Positions 8,784-18,025 of a stretch of 34,683 bases of DNA are shown piece by piece; the first letter of the stretch is position 1, and every line of letters begins with the position of its first letter. The position numbers and the translations under genes were made by a program. The stretch covers positions 1 through 34,683 of the forward strand of contig CAZBYY010000003.1 of assembly GCA_964495855.1 (NCBI GenBank), given 5' to 3'. Origin of the DNA: an uncultured Acidobacterium sp. (GTDB lineage: Bacteria > Acidobacteriota > Vicinamibacteria > Vicinamibacterales > UBA2999). Under the pieces are notes generated by a model. It had not been told where the DNA came from. It worked only from the letters and a program-made list of their open reading frames with translations, and made no database searches.

Positions 8784-11700
8784 TTAATACGCCGCCGGCT
8801 CGCCGCGTAACATTTTTGCCGGCACCGTGACGATGACGGTGGTTCCGTGGCCGACCGCCGATTCGATCTCGACCGTGCCATTCAGCAGGAATGCCCGCTC
8901 GTTGATGCCCAGCAACCCGATCGCGCTCGGCGGGTGATCAGCCGTCGTGTCGAAGCCTCGCCCGTCGTCCTCGATCGACAGCACGAGCAGGCCGTCCTTG
9001 AGCGTCAGAAGCACGCCGACCGAGGTGGCATGGGCGTGCTTGTGGACGTTGTTCAGGGCCTCCTGCGCGATGCGAAACAGGTTCCCTTCCAGCTCGGGCG
9101 CGAAGCGGCCAGACGGCATGTTCGCCTCCTGGAACTCCGCGGCGACGCCGTAGTTCTTCGACCATGCCGCCACGTAATCACGTAGCGCGGCCGCTAAACC
9201 CAGGTGGTGCAGCGCCGCCGGGCGCAGTTCCCACGTGAACACATCGAGATGATCGTCGAGCTGCTTGACGGAGCCCTGGATCTCCTCGAGCAGCTGCGCC
9301 GGCGCGGCGGCCGACTCCAGCATGTGATGAAGCGCCTGCAGCTTCAGATGGAGGGCCGTGACTTGCTGGCCCAGGTCGTCGTGCAAGTCGCGCGCGATGC
9401 GGCAGCGCTCTTCTTCCTGAACCGAGAGCAGCCGTGACAGGAGCAGCCGGACGCGATCCTCGATCGTGCGCCGGTCGACCAGCTCACGCCGCAGCGTGTC
9501 GTTGACGTTCGCCAGCTCGCGCGTTCGTTCGGTGACGCGCTTTTCCAGCGAGGTATTGAGCTCGGTGAGGTCCTGCTCCCAGCGTTTTCGTTCGGTCAGG
9601 TCCTGGGCGATCTTGATGAAGCCCGTGCCGGCACCGTCGCCGACCCTCGTCAACACGCTGCTCACGAATCGCGTCACACCGTCCCTGCAGGCATGCCACC
9701 GTTCGTCGAACGCGCGACCGGTCTCGCGCGCGGTGGCGATTTGCTGCTCCGGCAGGCCGGCGGCGCGATCCTCTGCCGTGAAGATGATCGAGCCGGGCTG
9801 ACCGATGGCCTCGTCGCGCGTAAACCCAAACAGCACTTCGGCGCCCGTATTCCAGTCCTCGATGACGCCGTCCGCCGTCAGGATCAGGATGGCGTGTTGC
9901 GTCACCGACTGCAGGACCGACCGCAGGCGCGATTCCGTCAACTGCAGCGCCTTCTCGGAGTTCTTCCGCACCGTCACGTCGACAAACGTCATCACCACGC
10001 CGTCGATGCGATCTTCGGCGGTGCGGTACGGCAGCAACCGCATGCTCCACCACCGGTGATCACGGGTCTGCACCTCACGCTCGATCAGCTGCAGGTGGCT
10101 CAGGACCTGCTCCGCCTCCTCGCTGAGCCGCTCTTCGATCAGTTCGGTGTGGATGTCATTGAGCGGACGGCCTCGGTCGGCCGGGATCAACTTGAACAGC
10201 TCGCGAGACTTCGGCGTGAACAGCTGGACGCGCAGCGAGCGGTCGACGAAGATCGTCGCAATTTCCGTCGAGTCGATCAGGTTGTGGATGTGATCCGAGG
10301 CGCGCGACTGCTCTTCGATCTTGACCCTGAGCTCCTGGTTGACGGTGTTGAGTTCCTCATTGAGCGACTGCAGCTCTTCCCGGCTGGTCTCGAGTTCCTC
10401 AGCCGATGACCGCAGTTCCTCGTTGATCGCCTGCTGCTCCTCGTTGGCGCCTTTCAGCTCTCGCGCTTGCGCTTCGTGTTGTTCGATGGCCAGGCGCAAT
10501 TGCTTCTTCACCGCCGTCAATTCGTTCTCGAGCTGGACGATCGCGTCCGACTCGCTGATCCGAAGCGGTGGCGGGGCGTCGGCCGGTACGCCGCCCGCCG
10601 AGACACGTTCGAACAGCACGAGAAAATGCCCGGCGCCGATCTCGAGTTCCCGCCGGGCGGGGCGAACCAGCAGGTCGACAACCACCGGCTCGCCGTCCAG
10701 CATCAGCGTCAAGCCGCGCGCGTGAACGTCGTGATGCACGAACGCCGCTTGATACAACGCCGCCCGCAGCTCCGCGCGCAACTCAGCGCGAATCGCCGTC
10801 AGCAGGTCCGCGGTGGGCCGGCCCTCGGTGAACTGCAGGAACCGAGCCGCGCCGGCGGTCAGGTGGACGATTTCGTGTTCGGCGTTGACGACCAGCGACG
10901 GCGGCGCGTAGTCCTCCAGCATGCGGTGGTGGATCTGGACCGGCTGGGCGGCCGTCGCCCGATCGGTCGACAACGCCGGTTCCGCCTGGCGCGCCGCCAC
11001 TGACGGTCGCGTCGCGCTCTCCGGCATCGGCATCGGCCGACGCGGCATCCCCGAACGACTCCGGTAGATTCGTGCCGCCTTGTCGACATCCGCGAACGAA
11101 TTCGATGCGGTGTCGATGGACTCCGACGACCCAAGCAGCAGGAAGCCACCGGGGTTCAACGCAAACTGCACGAGGTCGAAGAAGCGCTGCTGCGCGGTGC
11201 GATTGAGGTAGATGAGCAAGTTCCGGCAGCACACGAAATCCAGGCGCGAGAAGGGCGGATCCTTCAAAACGTTGTGCCGTGCAAACAGCACCTTTTCGCG
11301 AAGGTCCTTGCGGACGCGATAGCGCTCACCGTCCTTCGTAAAGAACCGGCGCAGCCGCTCCTCTGACAGGTCGGCGGCGTCGTTCAGCGTGTAGACGCCC
11401 GCGCGCGCGACCGCGACGGCCTGTTCATCAAGATCGGTGGCGAACACCTGGAACGCGACGTGAGGCGACGCCCGTTCGACATGTTCTTGAAGCAGCATCG
11501 CGACCGAGTACGCTTCCTCACCGGTGGCGCATCCCGCGACCCACACCCGCACCGTTTCGTCGCTGCCGCGCTCGCTATGAAAGATGGCGGGAACGACTTC
11601 TCGTTCGACCGCTTGCCACACGTCGGGATCGCGAAAAAAACTTGTGACGCTGATCAGTAAGTCTTTCAGAAGCGCCTCGGTCTCTTCCGGCCGGTCGCGG

Positions 11701-12470
11701 ACGATTGCGGCGTAGGCGGCCAGGGACTCGACCTCGTGCACGCCCATGCGGCGCTCGAGCCGGCGCAGCACGGTGCCCCGCTTGTAATTCGAGAAATCGT
11801 GGCCGGTTCGAACCCGCAGCTGCGCGAAAATCTCGCGCAGCGACGCATCGTCATCACCGCCGGGTGCCGTCGTCTCGGCGGGCAACGGGATCCGGTCGAC
11901 GGTGCTTCGATACGCGATAATCCAGGCCGGCATGTCGCGGACCGGAAGGACGGCATCGACGAGCCCGGTCGCAATCGCATTGGTCGGCATGTCGGCGAAT
12001 TGCGCCTCGGTCGGCGCCTGTACCAGGCAAATGCCGCCGGACTCCTTCAGGCGCTTCAGTCCCATCGAGCCGTCGGCGCCCGTTCCGGACAGCACGACGC
12101 ACGCCGAGCCCGAACCGCGCGCCGATCCCAGAGCGCGGAAGAACATATCCACCGGGGCACGGCGGTCATCGGCGTCGACCATCGGAGACGGATTCAGGAA
12201 CCCATCATCGAGCGAGAGATTCTGGTTGGGCGAAATCACGTACACGTGATTGGGTTCAACGCGCGTTCGTGTCGTGACTTGTGTCACCGGGATGGCAGAG
12301 ACGCGCTGCAGCACTTCGGCAAGATCACTCTCGTGATCCGGCGACAGGTGCAGAATCACCACGTAGGCGGCGCTGCTGTCGGCGGGCACTTCTTTGAAAA
12401 ATGCTTCGCACGCGCGGATGCCTCCCGCGGATGCGCCAATCCCGACGATCAGAAACTCGCCTGTCGGCAC
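8784..12470 (-). CDS. CheB-CheR-coiled coil-PAS-PAS histidine kinase (HisKA_3 type)
   Basis: GIGASAGG/HLSP/SGTGADG (CheB); VTSFFRD, WVAGCATGEEAYS, CRNLLIY (CheR); EELQSLNEEL coil; ARDLHDDLGQ, QEALNNV.KHA, DDGRGF; GTG start at 12470 with GGAGG RBS. Confidence 0.93.
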   Translation of the reverse strand: MPTGEFLIVGIGASAGGIRACEAFFKEVPADSSAAYVVILHLSPDHESDLAEVLQRVSAIPVTQVTTRTRVEPNHVYVISPNQNLSLDDGFLNPSPMVDADDRRAPVDMFFRALGSARGSGSACVVLSGTGADGSMGLKRLKESGGICLVQAPTEAQFADMPTNAIATGLVDAVLPVRDMPAWIIAYRSTVDRIPLPAETTAPGGDDDASLREIFAQLRVRTGHDFSNYKRGTVLRRLERRMGVHEVESLAAYAAIVRDRPEETEALLKDLLISVTSFFRDPDVWQAVEREVVPAIFHSERGSDETVRVWVAGCATGEEAYSVAMLLQEHVERASPHVAFQVFATDLDEQAVAVARAGVYTLNDAADLSEERLRRFFTKDGERYRVRKDLREKVLFARHNVLKDPPFSRLDFVCCRNLLIYLNRTAQQRFFDLVQFALNPGGFLLLGSSESIDTASNSFADVDKAARIYRSRSGMPRRPMPMPESATRPSVAARQAEPALSTDRATAAQPVQIHHRMLEDYAPPSLVVNAEHEIVHLTAGAARFLQFTEGRPTADLLTAIRAELRAELRAALYQAAFVHHDVHARGLTLMLDGEPVVVDLLVRPARRELEIGAGHFLVLFERVSAGGVPADAPPPLRISESDAIVQLENELTAVKKQLRLAIEQHEAQARELKGANEEQQAINEELRSSAEELETSREELQSLNEELNTVNQELRVKIEEQSRASDHIHNLIDSTEIATIFVDRSLRVQLFTPKSRELFKLIPADRGRPLNDIHTELIEERLSEEAEQVLSHLQLIEREVQTRDHRWWSMRLLPYRTAEDRIDGVVMTFVDVTVRKNSEKALQLTESRLRSVLQSVTQHAILILTADGVIEDWNTGAEVLFGFTRDEAIGQPGSIIFTAEDRAAGLPEQQIATARETGRAFDERWHACRDGVTRFVSSVLTRVGDGAGTGFIKIAQDLTERKRWEQDLTELNTSLEKRVTERTRELANVNDTLRRELVDRRTIEDRVRLLLSRLLSVQEEERCRIARDLHDDLGQQVTALHLKLQALHHMLESAAAPAQLLEEIQGSVKQLDDHLDVFTWELRPAALHHLGLAAALRDYVAAWSKNYGVAAEFQEANMPSGRFAPELEGNLFRIAQEALNNVHKHAHATSVGVLLTLKDGLLVLSIEDDGRGFDTTADHPPSAIGLLGINERAFLLNGTVEIESAVGHGTTVIVTVPAKMLRGEPAAY

Positions 12471-12472
12471 GT

Positions 12473-13474
12473 CTATTCCTCCATCGGCACAAGCGCGACG
12501 CGACGCCCGACCATTTCTCGAAGCAGTTCGAACTGATCGGTGACCAGCGCCAGTTGCCGGCCAAGACGGTCGGCGTTGCCGCCGTTCGTTTCCAGGTCGT
12601 GACGCGCCAGCCGCTCGAGCAGCAACCGTCCCTCTTCCGAGGCGCGGACCGCGGACCACAACGCGTTCTCGATCCCCTCGCTCACGGAGACCAGCAGGCT
12701 TTCAACGGAATAGGCGTGGCCGGTGTGACAGCGGAATCGGAGGATGCCGTGTTCCTTGAGCTCGAGAAGCACGCCATGACAATCCGGACAGGCAAAAACG
12801 GACGGCTCGCCAATCTGCTCGACGCGGCGGTTCACGGCAGTATCCTCCTTCGCGATGGCGATCTCGACATGGATCGCGTCGGCCACTTCGGATCGAAGGT
12901 CCTCGACTGGTCTGCGCAGCGCATCGGCCAGCGCCCGGGGCATGTCTGCCAACGGCACGACGTAATCGGCGGCGACGTGCTTCAGCGCATTCGCCGGCAT
13001 CGATGGGAACTGCGCGTCCGCCGGGTCCTGCACAATCGCGATGCCGCCGTGCTGCTTGATCGTCTTCAACCCGGCTGAACCATCGTCGAGATTGCCGGTC
13101 AGGACCACGCCAACGGCGCCGGCGCCAAACACGTGCGCTGCGGAGCGGAACAACGGATCGATCGCCGGACGAAAGCGATTCTCCTTCGGGCCGCGTCCGA
13201 GGCACAGTCCACCGGCTTCAATCAGAAGGTGATGGTCTGGCGGCGCCACGTAAATGTGTCCGCGCTGCACTGCCATCCCGGTCTCGGCCGTGGCCGTTGG
13301 CAACGCGCCCGCGTCAGCGAGAATCCCGGCGAGCAGGCCCGGCGATTGAGGGGACGTGTGGACGACGATGCAGATGGGTGCCGGGAAGTCCGGTGTGAGC
13401 CGGCCGATCAACAGCCGCAACGCTTCGATGCCCCCGGAAGAAGCGCCGATGACCACAATTCGTTGCGCTTCCAT
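12473..13474 (-). CDS. cheB: Stand-alone CheB-type methylesterase, no receiver domain, with C-terminal Cys/His extension
   Basis: GASSGG, VVH, RPAIDPLFRSAA, LTGNLDDG; tail CPDCHG..RFRCHTGH; GGAGG RBS before GTG/ATG at 13477/13474. Confidence 0.9.
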   Translation of the reverse strand: MEAQRIVVIGASSGGIEALRLLIGRLTPDFPAPICIVVHTSPQSPGLLAGILADAGALPTATAETGMAVQRGHIYVAPPDHHLLIEAGGLCLGRGPKENRFRPAIDPLFRSAAHVFGAGAVGVVLTGNLDDGSAGLKTIKQHGGIAIVQDPADAQFPSMPANALKHVAADYVVPLADMPRALADALRRPVEDLRSEVADAIHVEIAIAKEDTAVNRRVEQIGEPSVFACPDCHGVLLELKEHGILRFRCHTGHAYSVESLLVSVSEGIENALWSAVRASEEGRLLLERLARHDLETNGGNADRLGRQLALVTDQFELLREMVGRRVALVPMEE

Positions 13475-13519
13475 CACGTGACCTCCCGAATAGCCGAACC
13501 AGTGGTTCCGACGACACGG

Positions 13520-13535
13520 TAGGGAATAGCCCCTA
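13520..13535. promoter_or_regulatory. Palindrome TAGGG-N6-CCCTA, candidate response-regulator site
   Basis: In the divergent cheB/kinase intergenic region, overlapping a minus-strand TACCGT -10-like box (13516-13521). Confidence 0.4.
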
Positions 13536-13548
13536 GGTGGAATCCCCG

Positions 13549-13564
13549 CGTTCCGTTTGGAACA
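13549..13564. promoter_or_regulatory. Palindrome cGTTCC-N4-GGAACA, candidate Crp-family site
   Basis: Centred about -42.5 relative to the start implied by TATCGT (13587-13592). Confidence 0.5.
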
Positions 13565-13612
13565 GTCAGCATTCGGCACCGACGGTTATCGTCAATGCTC
13601 CAGGACCGACTC

Positions 13613-14704
13613 ATGGTATCCGAATTCATTGCCCTCAACCGCGACGAGATCATCCGTCGCTGTCGAGTCAGAGTCAGCGCGCGGTCGATCCCGCCGCCGA
13701 CGCCCGCCGAAATCAACCACGGGGTGCCCGTCTTCCTGAGTCAGCTGCAGCACGCGCTTGATTTCGGGTTATCGATGTCACAGGAAATTGGCGGCACTGC
13801 CCTTCAGCACGGTCACGACCTGCTGATGCAAGGCTTCACCGTGTCTCAAGTCGTGCACGACTACGGCGACATCTGCCAGGCGATCACTGAACTCGCGGTG
13901 GAGATGGAAGCGCCGATCAGCACCGAGGATTTCCGCACGCTGAATCGTTGCCTCGACGATGCGATTGCCGGCGCCGTCACTGAATACGCGCGCGAGCGAA
14001 CCCAGACCGGCATCGACACCGAGTCCGCAAAAGGCAACGAGCGTTTGGGGTACTTCATCCACGAGATGCGAAACCTGATCAGCAGGGCAAGTTACGCCTT
14101 CGAAATACTCAAGACCGGCGAAGTGGGCCTGACCGGCAGTACCGGCATGGTGCTGCAGCGCAGCCTGGCCGAACAACGCACGCTGATTGCGCGATCGCTC
14201 ACCGAGATCCGCCTGACCCAGGGCGTGCAGAATCCCGAGCCCCTTTCCGTTGGGGAGTTCATCGAGGAAATGGCGGCCGGCGCGCGCCTCGAAGGAACCG
14301 CGCGCAGCATCCGCCTCGAGGTGGCGCGTGTCGAGGACGCCACCATCCACGCCGACCGCCAGGTACTTGGTGCCGTGGTCATGAATCTGCTGCAGAACGC
14401 CTTCAAATTCACCAAGGAGGCCACGACGGTGACGCTGCGCGCAGGCGCAAGCGCCGAGCGCGTCCTGATCGAAATCCAGGATGAATGCGGCGGCTTGCCG
14501 GGCGGAAACACCACCGACATCTTCCGCCCATTCGAACAACGGGGTAGTGACAGGAGCGGCCTTGGACTCGGCCTGGCGTTCAGCCGGTGGGCGGTGGAAG
14601 CGAGCGGCGGCCGGCTCTACGCACGCAATTTGCCCGACCGTGGATGTGTCTTCACCATCGACATGCCGCGCGTGCAGTCACCTGACGCGACGCGCGTCAG
14701 CTAG
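13613..14704 (+). CDS. Soluble sensor histidine kinase with RsbRD-N-like helical N-terminal domain
   Basis: H-box HEMRN, NLLQNAFKFT, DECGG, GLGLGL, GCVFTIDMP; no TM segment; start at 13613 or 13595. Confidence 0.9.
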   Translation: MVSEFIALNRDEIIRRCRVRVSARSIPPPTPAEINHGVPVFLSQLQHALDFGLSMSQEIGGTALQHGHDLLMQGFTVSQVVHDYGDICQAITELAVEMEAPISTEDFRTLNRCLDDAIAGAVTEYARERTQTGIDTESAKGNERLGYFIHEMRNLISRASYAFEILKTGEVGLTGSTGMVLQRSLAEQRTLIARSLTEIRLTQGVQNPEPLSVGEFIEEMAAGARLEGTARSIRLEVARVEDATIHADRQVLGAVVMNLLQNAFKFTKEATTVTLRAGASAERVLIEIQDECGGLPGGNTTDIFRPFEQRGSDRSGLGLGLAFSRWAVEASGGRLYARNLPDRGCVFTIDMPRVQSPDATRVS

Positions 14705-14716
14705 AGGCGCCGCACC

Positions 14717-14956
14717 ATGCCAATACATGCGCTTGCCGCACTCCAGGAGCTGATCCAGGCCCTCGACCGCAGACGGCCGGACATCGCCCGTCACAACGAG
14801 GCCGCCATAGCAGCGGACGCGCACCTGCTCCGTGACCAGGCGCTCGCCCAAATCGAGGAACTGCTCTTGGCCCGGTTGCTGCTCGATTGCCTCGAGCAGG
14901 AACTCGCAGACGCGGTCATGAACGACGATGGCGCGCCAATAGCGCAGTCGAACTGA
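14717..14956 (+). CDS. Small helical hypothetical protein (79 aa)
   Basis: GAGG RBS, 12 bp after the kinase stop; amphipathic helices LQELIQALDRRRP. Confidence 0.65.
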   Translation: MPIHALAALQELIQALDRRRPDIARHNEAAIAADAHLLRDQALAQIEELLLARLLLDCLEQELADAVMNDDGAPIAQSN

Positions 14957-15127
14957 TCAGAGCTGCGCGGTCATCCACAGCAGCAGCCGCACGACCAGCG
15001 CGATCGGAATGCCAATAGCGAGGATGGCCGCGGGGATCGCGAGGAGCATCGCGACCCCTCCGAGCATGTCGCCCGTAAAGAGGATCGCGCGACGAATTCC
15101 AGGCTCGGGATGTGTGGCAGGCGTCAT
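14957..15127 (-). CDS. Small membrane protein (56 aa)
   Basis: MTPATHP..GDMLGGVAMLLAIPAAILAIGIPIALVVRLLLW; TACGAT -10 upstream (15139-15144, minus). Confidence 0.6.
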   Translation of the reverse strand: MTPATHPEPGIRRAILFTGDMLGGVAMLLAIPAAILAIGIPIALVVRLLLWMTAQL

Positions 15128-15166
15128 AAGGCTGGTCGATCGTACCGCCCTTGCACCTGGCAGCGC

Positions 15167-15182
15167 TGTGCCGAACAGGACA
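15167..15182. promoter_or_regulatory. TGT-N10-ACA palindrome (TGTGCC-GAAC-AGGACA), candidate Crp-family site shared by two divergent promoters
   Basis: About -41.5 from CACGAT (+, 15204-15209) and -42.5 from TACGAT (-, 15139-15144). Confidence 0.55.
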
Positions 15183-15214
15183 GACACCGCCGGCTGTAAG
15201 ACGCACGATGGTGC

Positions 15215-15400
15215 ATGGGTACCAATAGCGTCGAGTGTCTGCTCTGCCATACGGCGCACGTGGAATCGTTTGCTGGAAACCCCACGCACTACTGGCAGTG
15301 CGCCCGCTGCGGACAGCGCTGGGATGACCAGCGCGTGGCCACGGTGATGAGCTACAAACGGTGGTTGAAAGCGACCATGACCATCGATAACGCCGCGTAA
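15215..15400 (+). CDS. Zinc-ribbon microprotein (61 aa)
   Basis: CLLCH...WQCARCGQRWD, two CxxC pairs. Confidence 0.7.
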   Translation: MGTNSVECLLCHTAHVESFAGNPTHYWQCARCGQRWDDQRVATVMSYKRWLKATMTIDNAA

Positions 15401-15457
15401 CACCCCGGCCGGCCGTTCGATCACGGGCATCCTGCACCAGCGTGGGATAATGGACGT

Positions 15458-16129
15458 GTGCCGAGCAAGCCGGACGGTCGCGCTTCACCGCTCTCCCGCT
15501 CCGATCTGCAGTCAATGCTCGAGTCGGCGGGCGCCGAATCGACGACTCGAAAGTGCGCCAAGTCCGCCGTAATCTTCTCGCAGGGCGAACCTGCCGCGGA
15601 CGTGTTCTACCTGCAGCAAGGCCGCGTGAAGCTGTCGGTGTTGTCGCGAACCGGCAAAGAAGCGGTGGTCGCGATCCTGTCCAAAGGTGACTTCTTTGGT
15701 GAAGGGTGCCTGGCCGATCAGCCACGCCGCATTGCGACGGCGTCGGCGATGAGCGCGAGCACCATCCTCGTCATCCCGCGGACGCGCATGCTCGAACTCC
15801 TCCATACCCAGCCCGCCTTCGCCGAACGCTTCCTCGCCCACATGCTCAAGAGAAACATCCGCGTCGAAGAAGACCTGATCGACCTGCTGTTCAATTCAAG
15901 CGAGAAGCGTCTCGCCCGCGGCCTGCTGCTGCTGGCGCGCTACGGCAAACAAGATCAGCCGTTGTTGATTCCCGGCATGTCTCAGGAAACGCTGGCCGAA
16001 ATGATCGGCACGACGCGCTCGCGCGTCAACTTCTTCATGAACAAGTTTCGCGATCTCGGATTCATCGAGTACAGCGGCGGTGACATCAAGATCAACCGCT
16101 CCCTCCTCACCGTCGTCCTCCACGATTAG
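15458..16129 (+). CDS. Crp/Fnr family transcriptional regulator
   Basis: cNMP-binding domain IFSQGEPA..GDFFGEG..R.ATA; HTH SQETLAEMIGTTRSRVNFFMNKFR. Confidence 0.95.
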   Translation: MPSKPDGRASPLSRSDLQSMLESAGAESTTRKCAKSAVIFSQGEPAADVFYLQQGRVKLSVLSRTGKEAVVAILSKGDFFGEGCLADQPRRIATASAMSASTILVIPRTRMLELLHTQPAFAERFLAHMLKRNIRVEEDLIDLLFNSSEKRLARGLLLLARYGKQDQPLLIPGMSQETLAEMIGTTRSRVNFFMNKFRDLGFIEYSGGDIKINRSLLTVVLHD

Positions 16130-16186
16130 CATTACGGCGCTGCTGCCAGGTGGCCGTGGCGCACGTCCGCGGGCCGGTCGCTCCGG

Positions 16187-18025
16187 CTAGAACTGCGCGC
16201 GCAGGCGCAACGAGACGACCGACACCGGCCCGCGATCGCGGTTGAACGCGGGGTGCACGATGAACTGGTAGTCCGCGGTGACCTGCCACGGCCCGACCGG
16301 GATCCGGTAGTACGTCTCGACGATCGACTCGATGCCCGGATGCGGCAGCCTGCCGTCGCCGGCGAGGATGCCGAGTCCCCCTGCATCGAAATAGGCGCGA
16401 TGCGACGACGAGATGTCGTTGAACACGGCGGCGATGCCGAGGATGTCGTCGCTGCGCGACCACCGCGACCCGGCGATCGATACGCCGCCCGATGCCGTGC
16501 GATCGATGTCGGTGAACTCGTACGGCTCGACGCTGCCGTCCGCCCAGCCCACACGCGAGAATACGCGAACGTCCGGGGTGATCTGCTGGGCGACGTTCAC
16601 ATGCACGCCGGGCCGGCTGTTGAAGCGGCGCTCGTCCGCCGTCGTCGCCGGCGCACCAGTTCGACGACTGACGGCCAGCACCTCGTCGTAGCTGGCCATG
16701 CGGCCGCGGCTGAGGAACCCGGCAACGGCGATCTTGCCGGGTTGACCGTTCATCGTGTGCTGATGCTCGATCTCCGAGACGACCTGGTATTGCTCGAACG
16801 ACGTGTCGATGTCGGCGCTGTTCGGCACCAACGACAGATCGAACACGCCCGCGCGCGCGACCCAGCGGTTCTGGTACCACTCGAGCGCGGCGCCGTAGGT
16901 GAATCCCCACGCATCGGCCGCGTAGTCGAACGTGGCCGCGTCTACGAGCGACCAGTTCATGAAGTCGGTTCGAGGATCGTGCGCGTAGCCATTGGTGTCG
17001 AACACGTCCGACAAGCTGAACTTGCCGATCGTCGCTACCAGTTTGTTCGCGGTGCGGGTCCCGCGGAACTGATTCAGCCCGGCCTCAACACTCTCGGGCG
17101 CTCCGCCAAGATTGATCGTTTGCTGAACCAGGAATCGTGGCACGCGGATGTAGGGATGCGTGTAGCCGACCTTGTAGGCCTCACCGCTCGTGAACCCGGC
17201 GACGCCGAGCGTGTTGCTCAGGCCGTAGCCCTGATCGATCTCCGGGTTGATCCACGCCGCAGCTCCGTTCCACAACCGTCGTCCCACATAGAACGTGACG
17301 TCCCAGGTTTCGCGCGCGATGTTCGGGTCGAGGCTGTTCGGCCCTCGATAGGGCGCGTGGAACGGCGCCGAATACTGCGCCACCATCGTCGTCTGGCCAT
17401 GGATGTTCCACTGATCGGCGCCCGCTGCCGATGCGGACGATGCGATGGATGATGTTGGCGGTTCGGACGGCAGCATGTAGCGCACACCAACACGCACCTC
17501 GCTGGTCGCCACGCCCGCGCGCGAATACAGGTACTCGGCGTTGGCACGCCAGCGGGCGTCGATGGCGCGCTCGAATCCGGCGCCGATCGCCCAGCCTGTG
17601 TGTTGGAGAAATTGATCGGCGTCGATCACCTGGTTGCGTCGCCATGCGAGCCCGCCCGTGCCGTAGATCGACCACCGTTGCGGTCCGTACCCCACGCGCG
17701 CGCGCACCGTGCCGAGTTGTTGCGGCACTTCCGCGCCGCTGACGCCGTCTGCTGCCGGCTCTGCGAGGAACGACAGGTCTCCGTCTCCACCAAACAGCAC
17801 GCCCGAGCGAAAGCGATGCGAGTAGCCGATGGTCAACCCGCCGAAGTGGCTGCCGGATCCGTCAACGAGATCGTACGGTTGCCACAATGATGATCCGCCC
17901 ACGACGCCCAGTTGTGCGCCCACGGATACGCCGCTCGTCGTTGTTGCATTCGTCTCTTGTGCCTGCGCCGCGACCGCCCACATCGTCAGCACGCACGCAC
18001 CCACCACGCTCACCGCACGACTCAT
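16187..18025 (-). CDS. OprB-family porin with N-terminal small beta-barrel domain (MnoP-like architecture)
   Basis: Signal peptide; NPEIDQG.GLS.TLGVAGF.SGEAYKVG, YAHDPR.DFMNW, DYAADAWG, HPAFNRDRGPV, C-terminal Phe. Confidence 0.85.
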   Translation of the reverse strand: MSRAVSVVGACVLTMWAVAAQAQETNATTTSGVSVGAQLGVVGGSSLWQPYDLVDGSGSHFGGLTIGYSHRFRSGVLFGGDGDLSFLAEPAADGVSGAEVPQQLGTVRARVGYGPQRWSIYGTGGLAWRRNQVIDADQFLQHTGWAIGAGFERAIDARWRANAEYLYSRAGVATSEVRVGVRYMLPSEPPTSSIASSASAAGADQWNIHGQTTMVAQYSAPFHAPYRGPNSLDPNIARETWDVTFYVGRRLWNGAAAWINPEIDQGYGLSNTLGVAGFTSGEAYKVGYTHPYIRVPRFLVQQTINLGGAPESVEAGLNQFRGTRTANKLVATIGKFSLSDVFDTNGYAHDPRTDFMNWSLVDAATFDYAADAWGFTYGAALEWYQNRWVARAGVFDLSLVPNSADIDTSFEQYQVVSEIEHQHTMNGQPGKIAVAGFLSRGRMASYDEVLAVSRRTGAPATTADERRFNSRPGVHVNVAQQITPDVRVFSRVGWADGSVEPYEFTDIDRTASGGVSIAGSRWSRSDDILGIAAVFNDISSSHRAYFDAGGLGILAGDGRLPHPGIESIVETYYRIPVGPWQVTADYQFIVHPAFNRDRGPVSVVSLRLRAQF

